The notes under the pieces were generated by a model. It was not told where the DNA came from and did no database searches. It saw only the letters and a program-made list of their open reading frames with translations. A stretch of DNA of 64,000 nt, from positions 32,001-96,000 of the forward strand of contig CBDCWG010000001.1 in assembly GCA_965223345.1 (NCBI GenBank), given 5' to 3'. Each line of letters opens with the position of its first letter. Positions within the stretch are counted from its first letter, which is position 1. This stretch comes from Nitrospinales bacterium. Lineage in GTDB: Bacteria; Nitrospinota; Nitrospinia; Nitrospinales; VA-1. Shown in pieces: positions 31,159-41,610 of this stretch. The position numbers were made by a program, and so were the translations under genes.

Positions 31159-31411
31159 CTGTTTGAAAAATTTCCCTCTTTAAGCTTGGCGGAGAACGTT
31201 CGCAATCGGTTCTCAGGAAAAGCCGGGCAATGCTATACTGTCTGCTGATTTTTCCTGACAGACACGCGCTGCGACGGAACCGCTTCGTTGCCGAACGGCA
31301 GGGCCCGGTATGAGAAAACCGCCGATCCTGTCCGGGCCGGGTGATCCCTGGCGCGCGATGCAGAATAAAGAACTCAATTTTTGAACACGTGAAAAGAGGA
31401 GCGAGTGCACG

Positions 31412-32719
31412 ATGTTTTTCCCCCGTTTGTCCGATTCCCATTGCAAAATGGCCGCCCTCATCCTTCTGTTGTGTGTGTGGATGGCACCGGGCGCCGCGCT
31501 GGCGAGCGTCGATAAAAAAATAGACCTGGCGGACAAAGCGCTGGCTCTGAAAAAGTACACCGAAGCGGAAAAGATCTATTCCGAGGTGCTGGCGGAGGAT
31601 CCGGGAAATTATCGTGTCATGCATTCGCTGGCGCAGGTGCACGTGGGCCAGAAAAAATACAAGGAAGCCGACGCCCTGCTGGAAAAAATTCTGGCGATGG
31701 AAGTCGCCAAGGGGAAACGGGTTCTGGTGACCCTGGAAGGCGAGACCGAAGTGCTGGAAGCGGAACTGGTCGATGAAACGGTGATCATCAAGGAAGAGGG
31801 CAAGAACAACATGCGCAACTACCTGACGCCGGTTCTGCCCGAGCCGGTGCCGCATTACCGGTTGTTCTTCTTCAAAGAGGGGAAGATGGAACTGGTCCCC
31901 AAGCACCGGGCGACGATCCGGTACAAAGGCGTGCCCCTGTATGTGCGTGAAAAGGTGGAGGAAATGCGCGACCAGGTGAAAATGAAACTGATCGCCGGTT
32001 CGGGTTCCGGCGAACCCGTCAAGATGGTGGAGCTCAAGGGGGGCTGTTTCATGATGGGCAGCGAAAACGGCGATCCCGATGAGAAGCCCGTGCACGAAGT
32101 GTGCGTGTCCCCCTTCAAGATCGACACCCACGAAGTGACGCAGCGCGATTTCCAGGCGAAGATGGAAGACAACCCCTCGCGCTTCAAGGGCGCCGACCTG
32201 CCGGTGGAAAGCGTCACCTGGCTGGAAGCGGAAGAATACTGCAAGCTGTCGAAAAAACGTCTGCCCACCGAAGCCGAATGGGAGTTCGCCGCGCGCGCCG
32301 GATCGACCACCGAGTATTACTGGGGCGACACTATGGACGCCAGCAAAGCCAATTACTGCGACAGCACCTGCCTGCTGAACGTGCGCGATCCTGCCGCCTC
32401 CGACGGGTTCGCGCAAACCGCCCCGGTGGGCTCCTTCCCGCCCAACGCGTTCGGGCTGCACGACATGGCGGGCAACGTCAACGAATGGGTCAACGACTGG
32501 CTCATCGAAAAATATTACCTGGTCAGCCCCAAGCAGGACCCGAAAGGCCCGAACATCGCGCTCGCCGGCGATGTGAAACGCGGCGGCGGCAACTACAAGG
32601 TCATCCGCGGCGGTTCCTGGGAAAACAAGGCCGAAAATTTGCGGTCCGCGCACCGCAAAGGCTACTGGGTGGATTACCGCATCGAGGGCTTGGGCTTCCG
32701 CTGTGCGGCGGATCTTTGA
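31412..32719 (+). CDS. Exported TPR + formylglycine-generating-enzyme (FGE/SUMF1)-fold protein
   Basis: Signal-like N-terminus, TPR, FMMGS, RLPTEAEWEFAAR, PNAFGLHDMAGNVNEW, RGGSW, GFRC. Confidence 0.9.
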   Translation: MFFPRLSDSHCKMAALILLLCVWMAPGAALASVDKKIDLADKALALKKYTEAEKIYSEVLAEDPGNYRVMHSLAQVHVGQKKYKEADALLEKILAMEVAKGKRVLVTLEGETEVLEAELVDETVIIKEEGKNNMRNYLTPVLPEPVPHYRLFFFKEGKMELVPKHRATIRYKGVPLYVREKVEEMRDQVKMKLIAGSGSGEPVKMVELKGGCFMMGSENGDPDEKPVHEVCVSPFKIDTHEVTQRDFQAKMEDNPSRFKGADLPVESVTWLEAEEYCKLSKKRLPTEAEWEFAARAGSTTEYYWGDTMDASKANYCDSTCLLNVRDPAASDGFAQTAPVGSFPPNAFGLHDMAGNVNEWVNDWLIEKYYLVSPKQDPKGPNIALAGDVKRGGGNYKVIRGGSWENKAENLRSAHRKGYWVDYRIEGLGFRCAADL

Positions 32720-32741
32720 CCGGGCAGGAGGCCCGGTGGCA

Positions 32742-34268
32742 TCACGATGACTCGCGCAGCTGGTTTTTGAGGATTTTCCCGGTGGGGTTTTTCGGCAGCG
32801 CGTCGTAAAACTGAATGAGGTCCGGCACCATGAACGCCGGCAGCTTTTCGCGGCAGAACGCTTTCAGTTCCTGCTCGGTGGCCTCGCAGCCTTCCCGCAG
32901 CACGACACAGGCCTTGACCTTCTCGCCGACCCGCTCGTCCGCCACGCCGATCGCCGCCGCCTCCGCCAGAGCCGGGTGGTTCAGCAACGCGTTTTCGATG
33001 CCGAGCGGCGACACGTTTTCCCCGGCACGGATGATCATGTCCTTTTTCCGGCCGCCGGAGATGAAAAGATACCCCTCCGCGTCCAGATGCCCGAGGTCCC
33101 CCGTCTTCAGCCAGCCCTCCGGAGTCAGGATCGCCTCGGTCTCCGCCGGATTCTGCCAGTAGCGTTTCATCACCGTTTCCCCGCGCACCCAGATCTCGCC
33201 GATCTGGCCGGTGTCCACCGGCTGCCCCGCTTCATCGACGATCTGCACTTTAAGATTGGGCAGCACCGGTCCCACCGATCCGGGGACCTGTTTCTGCATG
33301 GTGTTGACGGAGATCACCGGAGAGGTTTCGGTGAGGCCGTAACCTTCGACGACGGCGGTCCCCAGAACCTGTTTCACCTTGTTGTGCAGCGCTTCCGGAA
33401 GCGACGCGCCGCCGGAGATGCAGCAGCGCAGCGAGGACACATCGTAACCGCCGCGCGCGTACAGCTCGACTAGGAAGGAATAGATCGTCGGCACCAGCGG
33501 CAGCAGCGTCGCGCGGTGCGCCGCGATCGAGGCCAGGATCGCTTTCGGCGCGAACTGCCTGAGCAGGATCAAGGTTGCGCCGACCCGCAGCAGCACCAGC
33601 GCCATGATATTGCCGAACGAATGAAACAGGGGCAGCGCGACGATGGCCCGGTCCTCGCTGTTGAGATCGAGGTGGGCCAGGATTCCATCGCAATTGATTT
33701 CGAACTGTCGCTCATCCAGCATCACGCCTTTCGGGCGCGCGGTGGTGCCGCTGGTGTAGAAGATCACGCTCGGAAGCCCGTCCGCTTTGACGTGCGGGTT
33801 CGATCCGTCCTCCCGCTGCGAATTGGCGATGAAATCCGCATAGCGCTCGGTTCCGGGGCCCAGGACGGCCGGGTCCGCATCGCCGATCACGATCTTGTTG
33901 GTAAACATCCTGAACAGGGGAATCGTTTCCGGCTTGAGAAACGCCGCGTCCACCAGAAATATGTCTATCTGGGCGTCTTTGGCGATGAACGCCAGGTCCT
34001 CCGCGGCCAGCAGAAAATTGAACGGCACCACGGGAACGCCCTTGAGGTAAGCGCCGAGCGTGGCGACGATGTTCTCCTTCTGGTTGAGGCAGAAGATGCC
34101 GAGCTTGCTGTGCGGCGATCGTTTCAGCCGCGACAGGCCGCCGGCGAAGCGTTCGACCTGCTCCAGCAGCTCACTGTAGTTGAGAGTGTGATCCCCGTCG
34201 ATGATGGCGGGATGATCGGGGGACCGTTGCGCGTGCGCTTTGATGTGTCGGTAGAATTCGCTTGCCAT
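32742..34268 (-). CDS. Long-chain fatty acid-CoA ligase (AMP-binding enzyme)
   Basis: YTSGTTARPKG, EGYGLTE, WLKTGDLG, PKNPTGK. Confidence 0.92.
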   Translation of the reverse strand: MASEFYRHIKAHAQRSPDHPAIIDGDHTLNYSELLEQVERFAGGLSRLKRSPHSKLGIFCLNQKENIVATLGAYLKGVPVVPFNFLLAAEDLAFIAKDAQIDIFLVDAAFLKPETIPLFRMFTNKIVIGDADPAVLGPGTERYADFIANSQREDGSNPHVKADGLPSVIFYTSGTTARPKGVMLDERQFEINCDGILAHLDLNSEDRAIVALPLFHSFGNIMALVLLRVGATLILLRQFAPKAILASIAAHRATLLPLVPTIYSFLVELYARGGYDVSSLRCCISGGASLPEALHNKVKQVLGTAVVEGYGLTETSPVISVNTMQKQVPGSVGPVLPNLKVQIVDEAGQPVDTGQIGEIWVRGETVMKRYWQNPAETEAILTPEGWLKTGDLGHLDAEGYLFISGGRKKDMIIRAGENVSPLGIENALLNHPALAEAAAIGVADERVGEKVKACVVLREGCEATEQELKAFCREKLPAFMVPDLIQFYDALPKNPTGKILKNQLRESS

Positions 34269-34402
34269 GAACGCCTCGTTGCGGGAAATGGATTCGTTGC
34301 CGGTGAAATGTAAAAATTATAACGCACGCTTCCTGAGAGGAAACGAAAGTTTTTCATGAGAAAGCGGCGCGGCGGCGCCGTAGGCTATCCTCTGCGCAGC
34401 GA

Positions 34403-35335
34403 TCAGGCTGCGGAGGAGGGCGGTTCGATCGGCAGGGACGCGCCGTTGCTCCAGCGCGAATAAAAGCCGTTGGGCAGATGCAGGCCCGACCCCGTGTCGA
34501 GGATGTACATCTCCTGCGTGTCGAACGTCCCGTGGTCCGGCGACACGAGGTATTTCAACACCATGTTTTTCAACGTCAAACCGGAAAACCCCGGCGAGTG
34601 CGTGGTCAGCAGAACGAACAGCGGCCCGTCGCTTAGAATTTTCTGGATGAGTTTCATCAGCTCCGCCAAACGCGTTTCGATTTTCCACACTTCGCCGTTG
34701 GGGCCGCGGCCGAAGGTCGGCGGGTCCATGATGATGCCGTCGTAGCGCCGGCCGCGCTTGTATTCGCGGTTGAGAAACTTCGGCACGTCGTCCACGATCC
34801 AGCGCACCGGCTTGTCGGCGAGACCCGACAGCGCCAGGTTTTCCCGCGCCCAGGTGACCGACGCCTTGGACGCGTCCACGTGTGTGACGTGCGCGCCCGC
34901 CGCCGCCGCGGCGAGCGTGCTGGCTCCGGTGTAACCGAAAACATTGAGAACGTGCACCGCGTCGCGACCGGACCGGCGGATGGTGTCCATCAACCAGAGC
35001 CAGTTCAGCGCCTGCTCCGGAAACAGGCCGATGTGGCCAAACCCGGTCGGCCGCACCTTGAACGTCAACTCCTTGAACCTGAGGTTCCAGCCCTTTTCCG
35101 GCAGGTCGGAAAAATAATTCCACTTGCCGCCGGTCTCCTTGCCCTTGAAATAGCGGTACTCCGCTTCCGCGCGGTCCCATTCCTCCGCCGGCCGCGATGA
35201 GGGCCAGATCGCCTGCGGCGCCGGCCGGATGAACACGTGCGGCCCGAATTGCTCGAGTTTTCTGAAGCGGCCGCTGTCGAGCAGACGGTAGTCGAAATCG
35301 TTCACCGGGAAAGGGGAGGGAGAGGGTAAGATCAT
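34403..35335 (-). CDS. RlmI/RlmK-like SAM-dependent methyltransferase
   Basis: LLDSG, KLEQFG, GLFPEQ, LNVFGYTG, DPPTFG. Confidence 0.87.
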   Translation of the reverse strand: MILPSPSPFPVNDFDYRLLDSGRFRKLEQFGPHVFIRPAPQAIWPSSRPAEEWDRAEAEYRYFKGKETGGKWNYFSDLPEKGWNLRFKELTFKVRPTGFGHIGLFPEQALNWLWLMDTIRRSGRDAVHVLNVFGYTGASTLAAAAAGAHVTHVDASKASVTWARENLALSGLADKPVRWIVDDVPKFLNREYKRGRRYDGIIMDPPTFGRGPNGEVWKIETRLAELMKLIQKILSDGPLFVLLTTHSPGFSGLTLKNMVLKYLVSPDHGTFDTQEMYILDTGSGLHLPNGFYSRWSNGASLPIEPPSSAA

Positions 35336-35406
35336 GATTTGTTTGTAATCGTCAAGTTTATGTAGGATAATGGATGCAATATTATCTATAAATCTAAAAG
35401 GCTTTT

Positions 35407-36771
35407 GTGAATTATATCAGATGGTCAACAGGCCGGAAGAGGGGGGCAAAACTTTTGTTTTTTGCCTGCCTAGCTCTTTTTTTGCCCGCTTGCGGGGGCG
35501 AAGAGACGCAGGCTGAAAATAAAAAAAGGGAGTTTGCCCTGCCCGTGCAGATCGGCAAAGTCGTCTACATGGACGTGATCGATCAGGTGCGCACGGTCGG
35601 CAACCTGCGCGCCGATGAGCGCGTCATGATCACCACCGAAATCGCCGGGCAGATCACAAAGATTCCGGTCGAGGAGGGGCAGAAAGTCAAACGCGGCGCT
35701 CTGCTGGCGCAGGTCGATCCGCGCGAGTACCGGCTCGAGAAAGAGCGCCTGCAGGCCGATCTGGCCGCCGCGGAAAAAGAATACCAGAAGGCCCTGAAGG
35801 GGTTGCGTCCCGAAGAGAAGGAAAAACTGCAAGCCCAGGTCAGCGCCGACGAAAGCGCCCTGATCCTCGCGAACAAGGAAAAAGTGCGGGTGGAAAAATT
35901 GATCGATCAGGGTTTCGTCTCGCAATCGGAACTGGACAAGGCCGTCGATCGCGTTCGGCAAGCCGCCGATTCCCTGCGCGCCAGCAAAGCGGCGCTCGCC
36001 GCCGGCATGAAGTCCCGCGACGAGGATATCGAACTCAAAAAAGCGGAAGTCGAGGGAATCCGGAAAAAGATCGCGGTGGCCAAGCTGGACCTGTCCAAGG
36101 GATCCATCCGCGCGCCGTTTTCCGGCGTGGTGATCGCCAAGAAAATCGAACGCGGCGCTTACGCCCCAGCGGGAACCTCCATTCTGGAGATGATCGGCTC
36201 CTCGCGTCTGAAAGCCGTTCTGGAGATGCCGCAGAGCTACCGCGGCAAACTGGAAAACCTGCAGGGCGCGGATTTTCTGGTGCGCGATCTGAGACACCGG
36301 TTCCAGCACGGCAGCGAACTGGCGCAGAAGGTGCGCGTGATCCCCGATGCCAACATCTATTCGGGCAACATCAAAGTGCAGGTCGATCTTCCTGACCCGG
36401 ACCCGGCGCTGTTTCCGGGCTTGAACCTGGAAGCGCTGCTGCGTTTCGGCACGCGCAAGAACGTCCTGCACGTGCCTTCCGTGTCGCTGGTGATCACCGA
36501 GCAGGGCACCGTCGTGTACATCGTCAAGGACCAGCGGGCGCACCTGGTTCCCGTCAAAGCGTTCAAGGAGCACAACGAGTACGTGGAGGTGGAGGATTTC
36601 ACCCATCAGTTGGGCCCGGAGGTGGATCTGATCCTGCGGGGCTCCGGCGCGGTGTTTCCGGGCGCCAAGGTGTTCGCCACCAATCCGCCGCCGGAGACGG
36701 AAACCCCTTTCAACGCCGCGTCGAAAGAACCGGAAAGCGAGCAGGAGACGGTCAAATCTCCTGAGACCTGA
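35407..36771 (+). CDS. RND efflux membrane fusion protein (probable lipoprotein)
   Basis: LPAC lipobox, EGQKVKRG, long helical hairpin, IRAPFSG; directly upstream of the RND permease. Confidence 0.92.
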   Translation: MNYIRWSTGRKRGAKLLFFACLALFLPACGGEETQAENKKREFALPVQIGKVVYMDVIDQVRTVGNLRADERVMITTEIAGQITKIPVEEGQKVKRGALLAQVDPREYRLEKERLQADLAAAEKEYQKALKGLRPEEKEKLQAQVSADESALILANKEKVRVEKLIDQGFVSQSELDKAVDRVRQAADSLRASKAALAAGMKSRDEDIELKKAEVEGIRKKIAVAKLDLSKGSIRAPFSGVVIAKKIERGAYAPAGTSILEMIGSSRLKAVLEMPQSYRGKLENLQGADFLVRDLRHRFQHGSELAQKVRVIPDANIYSGNIKVQVDLPDPDPALFPGLNLEALLRFGTRKNVLHVPSVSLVITEQGTVVYIVKDQRAHLVPVKAFKEHNEYVEVEDFTHQLGPEVDLILRGSGAVFPGAKVFATNPPPETETPFNAASKEPESEQETVKSPET

Positions 36772-39700
36772 TGAAACTCATCGACCATTCCATCCGAAAT
36801 TACCACACCGTGACGGTGATCATCGTCCTGGTGGCGGTGGTGGGCATGCTGTGCTTTAAGATCCTGCCGCGCCAGCTCACGCCCACGGTGGACAAGCCCA
36901 TCATCGAGGTGACCACCGAATACCGCGGCCTCTCGCCCAACGAGGTGGAGCGCAACATCACCCGCCGCCTGGAAGACCAGCTCGAATCGGTCGAGGGTCT
37001 TAAGAAGATGACCTCGCGCAGCCAGCACGGCCGCAGCACCATCACCCTTGAGTTCGACTGGGGCGTGGACAAGAACATCGCCACGATCGATGTCAACAAC
37101 AAGCTGCAGCAGGTGAAGGATCTGCCCGTCCTGGCCGACAAGCCGACGCTGAAGTCCGTGTCCACCGACAACTCGAATCCCATCATGTGGATCGTGTTCA
37201 GCAAGCCCAATCCCAGGATGCCGGACCTCAACCAGAACTACATGTACAAGATCGGCGAGGACATCGTCATCCCCAAACTGCTGCGGGTGAGCGGGGTGGC
37301 GGACGCGTGGCATTTCGGCGGCGAGGAGCGGGAGATGCGCGTCGAGTTCGATCCCTACAGTCTGGCGCGGCTGCGGATCACCTACGACGATGTCATAAGG
37401 CGGCTTTCCGGCGAGAACCAGAACACGCGCGCTGGTTTCCATGAAGAGGAAAGCCGCGAGTACACCGTGCGCACGCTCGGCGAGTTCACCAGCGCCCAGG
37501 AAATCGAGGAGACCGTCGTCAAGCGCGACGGCGACCGCACGATCCGGGTGAAGGATTTCGCCACCGTGGTGGACGGCTACCAGCGCACCGCCTCGCTGGT
37601 GCGCATCAGCGGCAAACTCTCCAACGCCTTCGGCATCATCCGCAAACCCGGCGCCAACGTCGTGGAAACCTGCAACCTGACCGCGAAAGCCGTCGAGGAG
37701 CTCAACGAGGAACTGCTGAACCGCGGCATCCCGCTGAGCCTCAAGATCGTCTACAAGGACGTGGACTACATCGACGAGGCGATGCGGCTGGTCAAATCCA
37801 ACCTGGGCCTGGGGGCCATTCTCGCGGTGATGGTGCTGCTGGTTTTTCTCGGTTCGTTCCGCTCGGTGTTGATCGTCGCCATCAGCATCCCCGTCAGTCT
37901 GGTCGCGGTGTTTATCATTCTTAAGCTGCTCGGGCGCAGCATCAACATCATCTCGCTGGCGGGCATGGCGTTCGCCGTGGGCATGGTGGTGGACAACTCC
38001 ATCGTGGTGCTGGAAAACATCTACCGCCACCTCACCATGCGGAAAGGCGTGATGAAGGCCGCCTACGACGGCGCTTCGGAAGTGTGGGGTGCGGTGCTGG
38101 CCGCGACGCTGACCACGCTCGCGGTGTTCGTTCCCATCGTGTTCGTCGAAGAGGAAGCCGGGCAGATGTTCGCCGACATCGCCATCACCATCAGCGCCAG
38201 CATCGCCATCTCGCTGCTCGTGTCGATCACCGTGATCCCGACGCTGACCACCCTGCTCATCCGCCTCAAGCCCGGCGAGGAATACAGAGCCGGCGTGCTG
38301 CACCAGACGCTCATGCGGCCGGTGGTCGCCCTGGGCGAAAGTCTGCGGCGCGGCTACGCCCGTCTCATGCACCGGGTGCTCAGGCGTACGCCGGGAGCCG
38401 TGATCGGCAAGGTGGGCATCGTCGCCGGCGTGTCCTTCGTGTTGTGGTGGAGCACCGTCATCCTGCCCGATCCCGATTACCTGCCGTACGGCAACACCAA
38501 CATGGTGTTCATGTTCATCGAACCGGTCGCCGGTGTTCCCGCCGACAAGAACATGCAGTACTTCGCGCCCTACGAGAAGAAAATCGTCAACATGGAGGAC
38601 GTGGATCGCAATTTTCTGGTGTTTTCCGGCCGGTTCAACGGCGGCGGCGCCATCATCGATAAGGAACTGGCCCGCGGCCAGCGCGGCGAGGTCAAGATGG
38701 CTGTGAAGTCCAACGAGATGGGGCGGGAGATTTTCAAAATTCCCGGCTACCGGTTCGCCTTCGCCAACCAGCGCCCCATCTTCCGGTCCGCCGACAAGAC
38801 CTTCAAGGTCGAAATCACCGGACCCGACATGTTCGTGTTGAAAGACATCGCGCAGAAACTGGTCGGCAGCATCTCGCAGCTGGAAGGCGTGCATTCGGTG
38901 CGGCCCGAATTCAAGTTCGGCAACCCCGAGCTGCGGTTTCTGCCGCGCCGCGAACAGGCCGCGCGCCTCGACATGGGCATGCAGGAGATCGGCGACATCG
39001 TCGAAGCGTTGAACGCCGGCAAGTACCTGGGCGAGTACAACGACCAGGGCGAGCCGATCGATTTCGTGCTGGTGCAGAAGAAGGACGGCAAGAAACTCAG
39101 CCTGCAGGATTACCGCAACCTGCCCATCTGGACCGACGACGACGAGATGACCCACTTGGGGCATCTCACGGACATCGAGATCGACGCCGGGCCCGCGCGC
39201 ATCGACCACATCGAAAAAGAGCGCGCCATCAACCTGCTGGTGCAGGTGAAAAAAGACATCCCCATGCAGCAGGTCATCAACATCGTCGAAAGCGACGCGC
39301 TTGCGCCGCAGCGGCTCAGCATGGGGCAGGACTTTGGCCTGCGCGTCGGCGGCTCCGCCGACGAGCTGGCCTCGACGCAGAAATCTTTGCTCAACAGTTT
39401 CTGGTACGCGGTCGGCTTCATCTACCTGCTGCTCGTCGCCTTGTTCGCCTCGTTCGTGCGGCCGTTCATCGTCATGCTGACCGTCACCTTCGCCGTCTCC
39501 GGCGCGTTTCTCGGCATCGTCGGCAACAACGTTTTGCAGAGAGTGTTCATCGAGGGGATCCTCGACGAATGGCAGGTCCCCGGCGCCGAACAGATGGCGT
39601 CAGGCTGGAACTGGATCACCTTCGACATCCTGACGCAGCTCGGCATCATCATCCTGGCGGGCATCGTGGTCAACAACGCGATTCTCATCGTGCACCAGAT

Positions 39701-40040
39701 GCTCAACAACATCCGCAAGGGCATGGACGAGCGCCAGGCACTGGAAAAATCCTGCGAGACGCGGCTTCGGCCCATCATGATGACCGTCATCTCCAGCGTG
39801 TTCGGCATGTTCCCGCTGGCCTTCGGCGAAGGAGCGGGCACCGAGCTGTACCGCGGCATGGGCACCGCGCTGATTGGCGGGCTTTCCGTGTCGGCGGTGT
39901 TCACCCTGTTTCTCGTGCCCGTCCTCATGTCGCTGATGATGGACATGGGCATCCACACCAAAAAAGAAGACCTCGTCAAGGAATCGCTCGAGAAAAACCC
40001 GCCGGAGCTGGACGCTCCCAGCGGCTCGCCGGCGGAGTGA
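36771..40040 (+). CDS. RND efflux permease, AcrB/AcrD/AcrF family
   Basis: 1089 aa; GMVVDNSIVVLEN, GIVVNNAIL, RLRPIMMT. Confidence 0.96.
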   Translation: MKLIDHSIRNYHTVTVIIVLVAVVGMLCFKILPRQLTPTVDKPIIEVTTEYRGLSPNEVERNITRRLEDQLESVEGLKKMTSRSQHGRSTITLEFDWGVDKNIATIDVNNKLQQVKDLPVLADKPTLKSVSTDNSNPIMWIVFSKPNPRMPDLNQNYMYKIGEDIVIPKLLRVSGVADAWHFGGEEREMRVEFDPYSLARLRITYDDVIRRLSGENQNTRAGFHEEESREYTVRTLGEFTSAQEIEETVVKRDGDRTIRVKDFATVVDGYQRTASLVRISGKLSNAFGIIRKPGANVVETCNLTAKAVEELNEELLNRGIPLSLKIVYKDVDYIDEAMRLVKSNLGLGAILAVMVLLVFLGSFRSVLIVAISIPVSLVAVFIILKLLGRSINIISLAGMAFAVGMVVDNSIVVLENIYRHLTMRKGVMKAAYDGASEVWGAVLAATLTTLAVFVPIVFVEEEAGQMFADIAITISASIAISLLVSITVIPTLTTLLIRLKPGEEYRAGVLHQTLMRPVVALGESLRRGYARLMHRVLRRTPGAVIGKVGIVAGVSFVLWWSTVILPDPDYLPYGNTNMVFMFIEPVAGVPADKNMQYFAPYEKKIVNMEDVDRNFLVFSGRFNGGGAIIDKELARGQRGEVKMAVKSNEMGREIFKIPGYRFAFANQRPIFRSADKTFKVEITGPDMFVLKDIAQKLVGSISQLEGVHSVRPEFKFGNPELRFLPRREQAARLDMGMQEIGDIVEALNAGKYLGEYNDQGEPIDFVLVQKKDGKKLSLQDYRNLPIWTDDDEMTHLGHLTDIEIDAGPARIDHIEKERAINLLVQVKKDIPMQQVINIVESDALAPQRLSMGQDFGLRVGGSADELASTQKSLLNSFWYAVGFIYLLLVALFASFVRPFIVMLTVTFAVSGAFLGIVGNNVLQRVFIEGILDEWQVPGAEQMASGWNWITFDILTQLGIIILAGIVVNNAILIVHQMLNNIRKGMDERQALEKSCETRLRPIMMTVISSVFGMFPLAFGEGAGTELYRGMGTALIGGLSVSAVFTLFLVPVLMSLMMDMGIHTKKEDLVKESLEKNPPELDAPSGSPAE

Positions 40041-40111
40041 GACCGGCGGCCGATTTGGGTGGAAGAATCGTTCGAGCCGTCGGCGCAATTCAAACCGGAA
40101 GGAAAGAAATC

Positions 40112-40459
40112 ATGTCCGTCACGATCTATCACAACCCCAAGTGTTCCAAATCACGCCAGACACTGGAACTGCTGAAGGGAAAAAACATCGCCCCGAATAT
40201 CGTCGAATACCTCAAAACCCCGCCGACGGCGGAAACGCTGAAGGACATTCTCGCCAAGCTCGGCATCCAACCCCGCGACCTGATGCGCAAGAAGGAAGCG
40301 GCCTACAAAGAACACAATCTCAACGATCCCTCCCTGTCCGATGACCAACTGATCCAGGCCATGATCGAAAACCCGATCCTCATCGAACGGCCCATCGTGC
40401 TGGCCAACGGCAAAGCCGCCCTCGGCCGCCCACCCGAACAGGTTTTGGAGATTCTCTAG
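40112..40459 (+). CDS. arsC: Arsenate reductase, ArsC (glutaredoxin-type) family
   Basis: YHNPKCSKSR, LIERPIV, GRPPE; real start ATG 40112 lies inside a longer track ORF. Confidence 0.9.
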   Translation: MSVTIYHNPKCSKSRQTLELLKGKNIAPNIVEYLKTPPTAETLKDILAKLGIQPRDLMRKKEAAYKEHNLNDPSLSDDQLIQAMIENPILIERPIVLANGKAALGRPPEQVLEIL

Positions 40460-40465
40460 GGAGGG

Positions 40466-40540
40466 GCTGGACACTCCAACCGGTTTGCCGGTGGAATCGG
40501 AAATGTTCTAATAATGTGTATTCGGCGGCATCCGATCTGA
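40466..40540 (+). repeat. Left-arm direct repeat, copy 1 (75 bp, includes a hairpin)
   Basis: GCTGGACACTCCAACCGG...GTGTATTCGGCGGCATCCGATCTGA aligns without gaps to 41536-41610. Confidence 0.9.
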
Positions 40541-40699
40541 GAGACGAGTCAGGTATTCTTATGTTCTCAGCGACCGCTTTCGGCCAATAGCGGACAGTTT
40601 TGACTAGATCACTTCACCGTTATTCTGCTTTTCAGGTAAGGTGATATAAAAGGTGTCTCTATTTGGTGAGGGGGTGTGGTGGGTCTATGCATCCATGCC

Positions 40700-41125
40700 T
40701 TATTTAACTCCTTTTTTAATTAAAAAGGAACTGTATTCATTATCGACAACCAAAATATGATCACAAAGCCAGGTTTTTAAAAAAAGTAATACCTCCGTTA
40801 TTAATGAAAAGTCTTCCAATAGATCATCATCGACCTTTTGGTATTCATTATTAAACTTCTTAATTTTCTCAATAAAAGATTCGTGCTTTTTCTTGTGAGC
40901 TTCATAATCCGGGTAATCGTTTTCCCGCATTAATTGTTCTTCATCGGTGAAATGTGTCTTCGTATAGTCAATAAGCTCCTGAATAGTTTCCCCTAACACA
41001 GCATGGGTCTTGTTTCCGCGCGAATAATAAAGACGGTTGATAATATCAATCAAACGTTTATGTTGTTTGTCGATTTTCTCAATTCCAACACTGTATTTGT
41101 CTTCCCACTCAACAAATAATTCCAT
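40700..41125 (-). CDS. Bacteriohemerythrin
   Basis: W...YSVG...IDKQH, HFTDEE, HKKKH, WLCDHILVVD iron-ligand pattern; AT-rich (19/60 GC at 40741-40800). Confidence 0.95.
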   Translation of the reverse strand: MELFVEWEDKYSVGIEKIDKQHKRLIDIINRLYYSRGNKTHAVLGETIQELIDYTKTHFTDEEQLMRENDYPDYEAHKKKHESFIEKIKKFNNEYQKVDDDLLEDFSLITEVLLFLKTWLCDHILVVDNEYSSFLIKKGVK

Positions 41126-41335
41126 TGCTTTTAACCTGAGTTTCTCATTTAACAAAAAATTACAGAAAATATAATCCTGGCAAAGTAGGAATGTCATAAA
41201 TGCAGAAATTGTGTTTTGATTCGGCTAGAATTTTGCCATTCTTGACTCACTCTGTCAATCAACGAGGTTTTAAATGGTGCTCAATTTTGGGGTCGCTTGG
41301 ATGGGGTGAGGGTGGAAGCGGTTTCCAGCTTTATA

Positions 41336-41391
41336 AACGTCCGCTTTGGGTCGAATCCGGTTATTCAAGATCTCACCCTTGTCCGCTTTCA
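41336..41391 (+). repeat. Right-arm direct repeat, copy 1 (56 bp)
   Basis: 49/56 identical to 43655-43710 by hand alignment. Confidence 0.9.
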
Positions 41392-41461
41392 TTCGCACTC
41401 TTTTTGGCTTTGCGCGAATCCGGTTTTCATCCTGTCCATCCTGTCTGAAATTTTCCCTCGA

Positions 41462-41540
41462 TCACTTGCCTGGATACACGTGCCACTCAGGCGGCGGCGG
41501 GGATTCGAGCGTGAGATTTTCTTTCGTCACCGGGTGCTGG
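41462..41540 (-). pseudogene. Displaced duplicate 3' end of the RluA-family gene
   Basis: Translates QHPVTKENLTLESPPPPEWHVYPGK* versus QHPVTKESLTLESPSPPEWAEYLGKR* in the intact gene. Confidence 0.9.
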
Positions 41541-41610
41541 GCACTCCGACCGGCTCGCCGGTGGAGTCGGAAAGATTCCAATAAAGTGTATTCGGCGGCA
41601 TCCGATCTGA
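41536..41610 (+). repeat. Left-arm direct repeat, copy 2
   Basis: Aligns to 40466-40540. Confidence 0.9.

Larger units (their letters stand above)
40466..41540. mobile_element. Putative mini-island unit 1 (cargo: hemerythrin), no integrase
   Basis: Left arm 40466-40540 matches 41536-41610; right arm 41336-41391 matches 43655-43710; ends in a copy of the rluA 3' end; AT-rich cargo. Confidence 0.65.

Noticed and set aside
32560..32719. FGE/CLec-type C-terminus as a diversity-generating retroelement variable region
   Set aside because: No template-repeat copy or reverse transcriptase seen in the window.
35407..40459. RND pump plus arsC as a metal-resistance island
   Set aside because: Host-like composition, no arsR/arsB/acr3 and no metal-RND signatures recognised; a missing outer-membrane factor is common.
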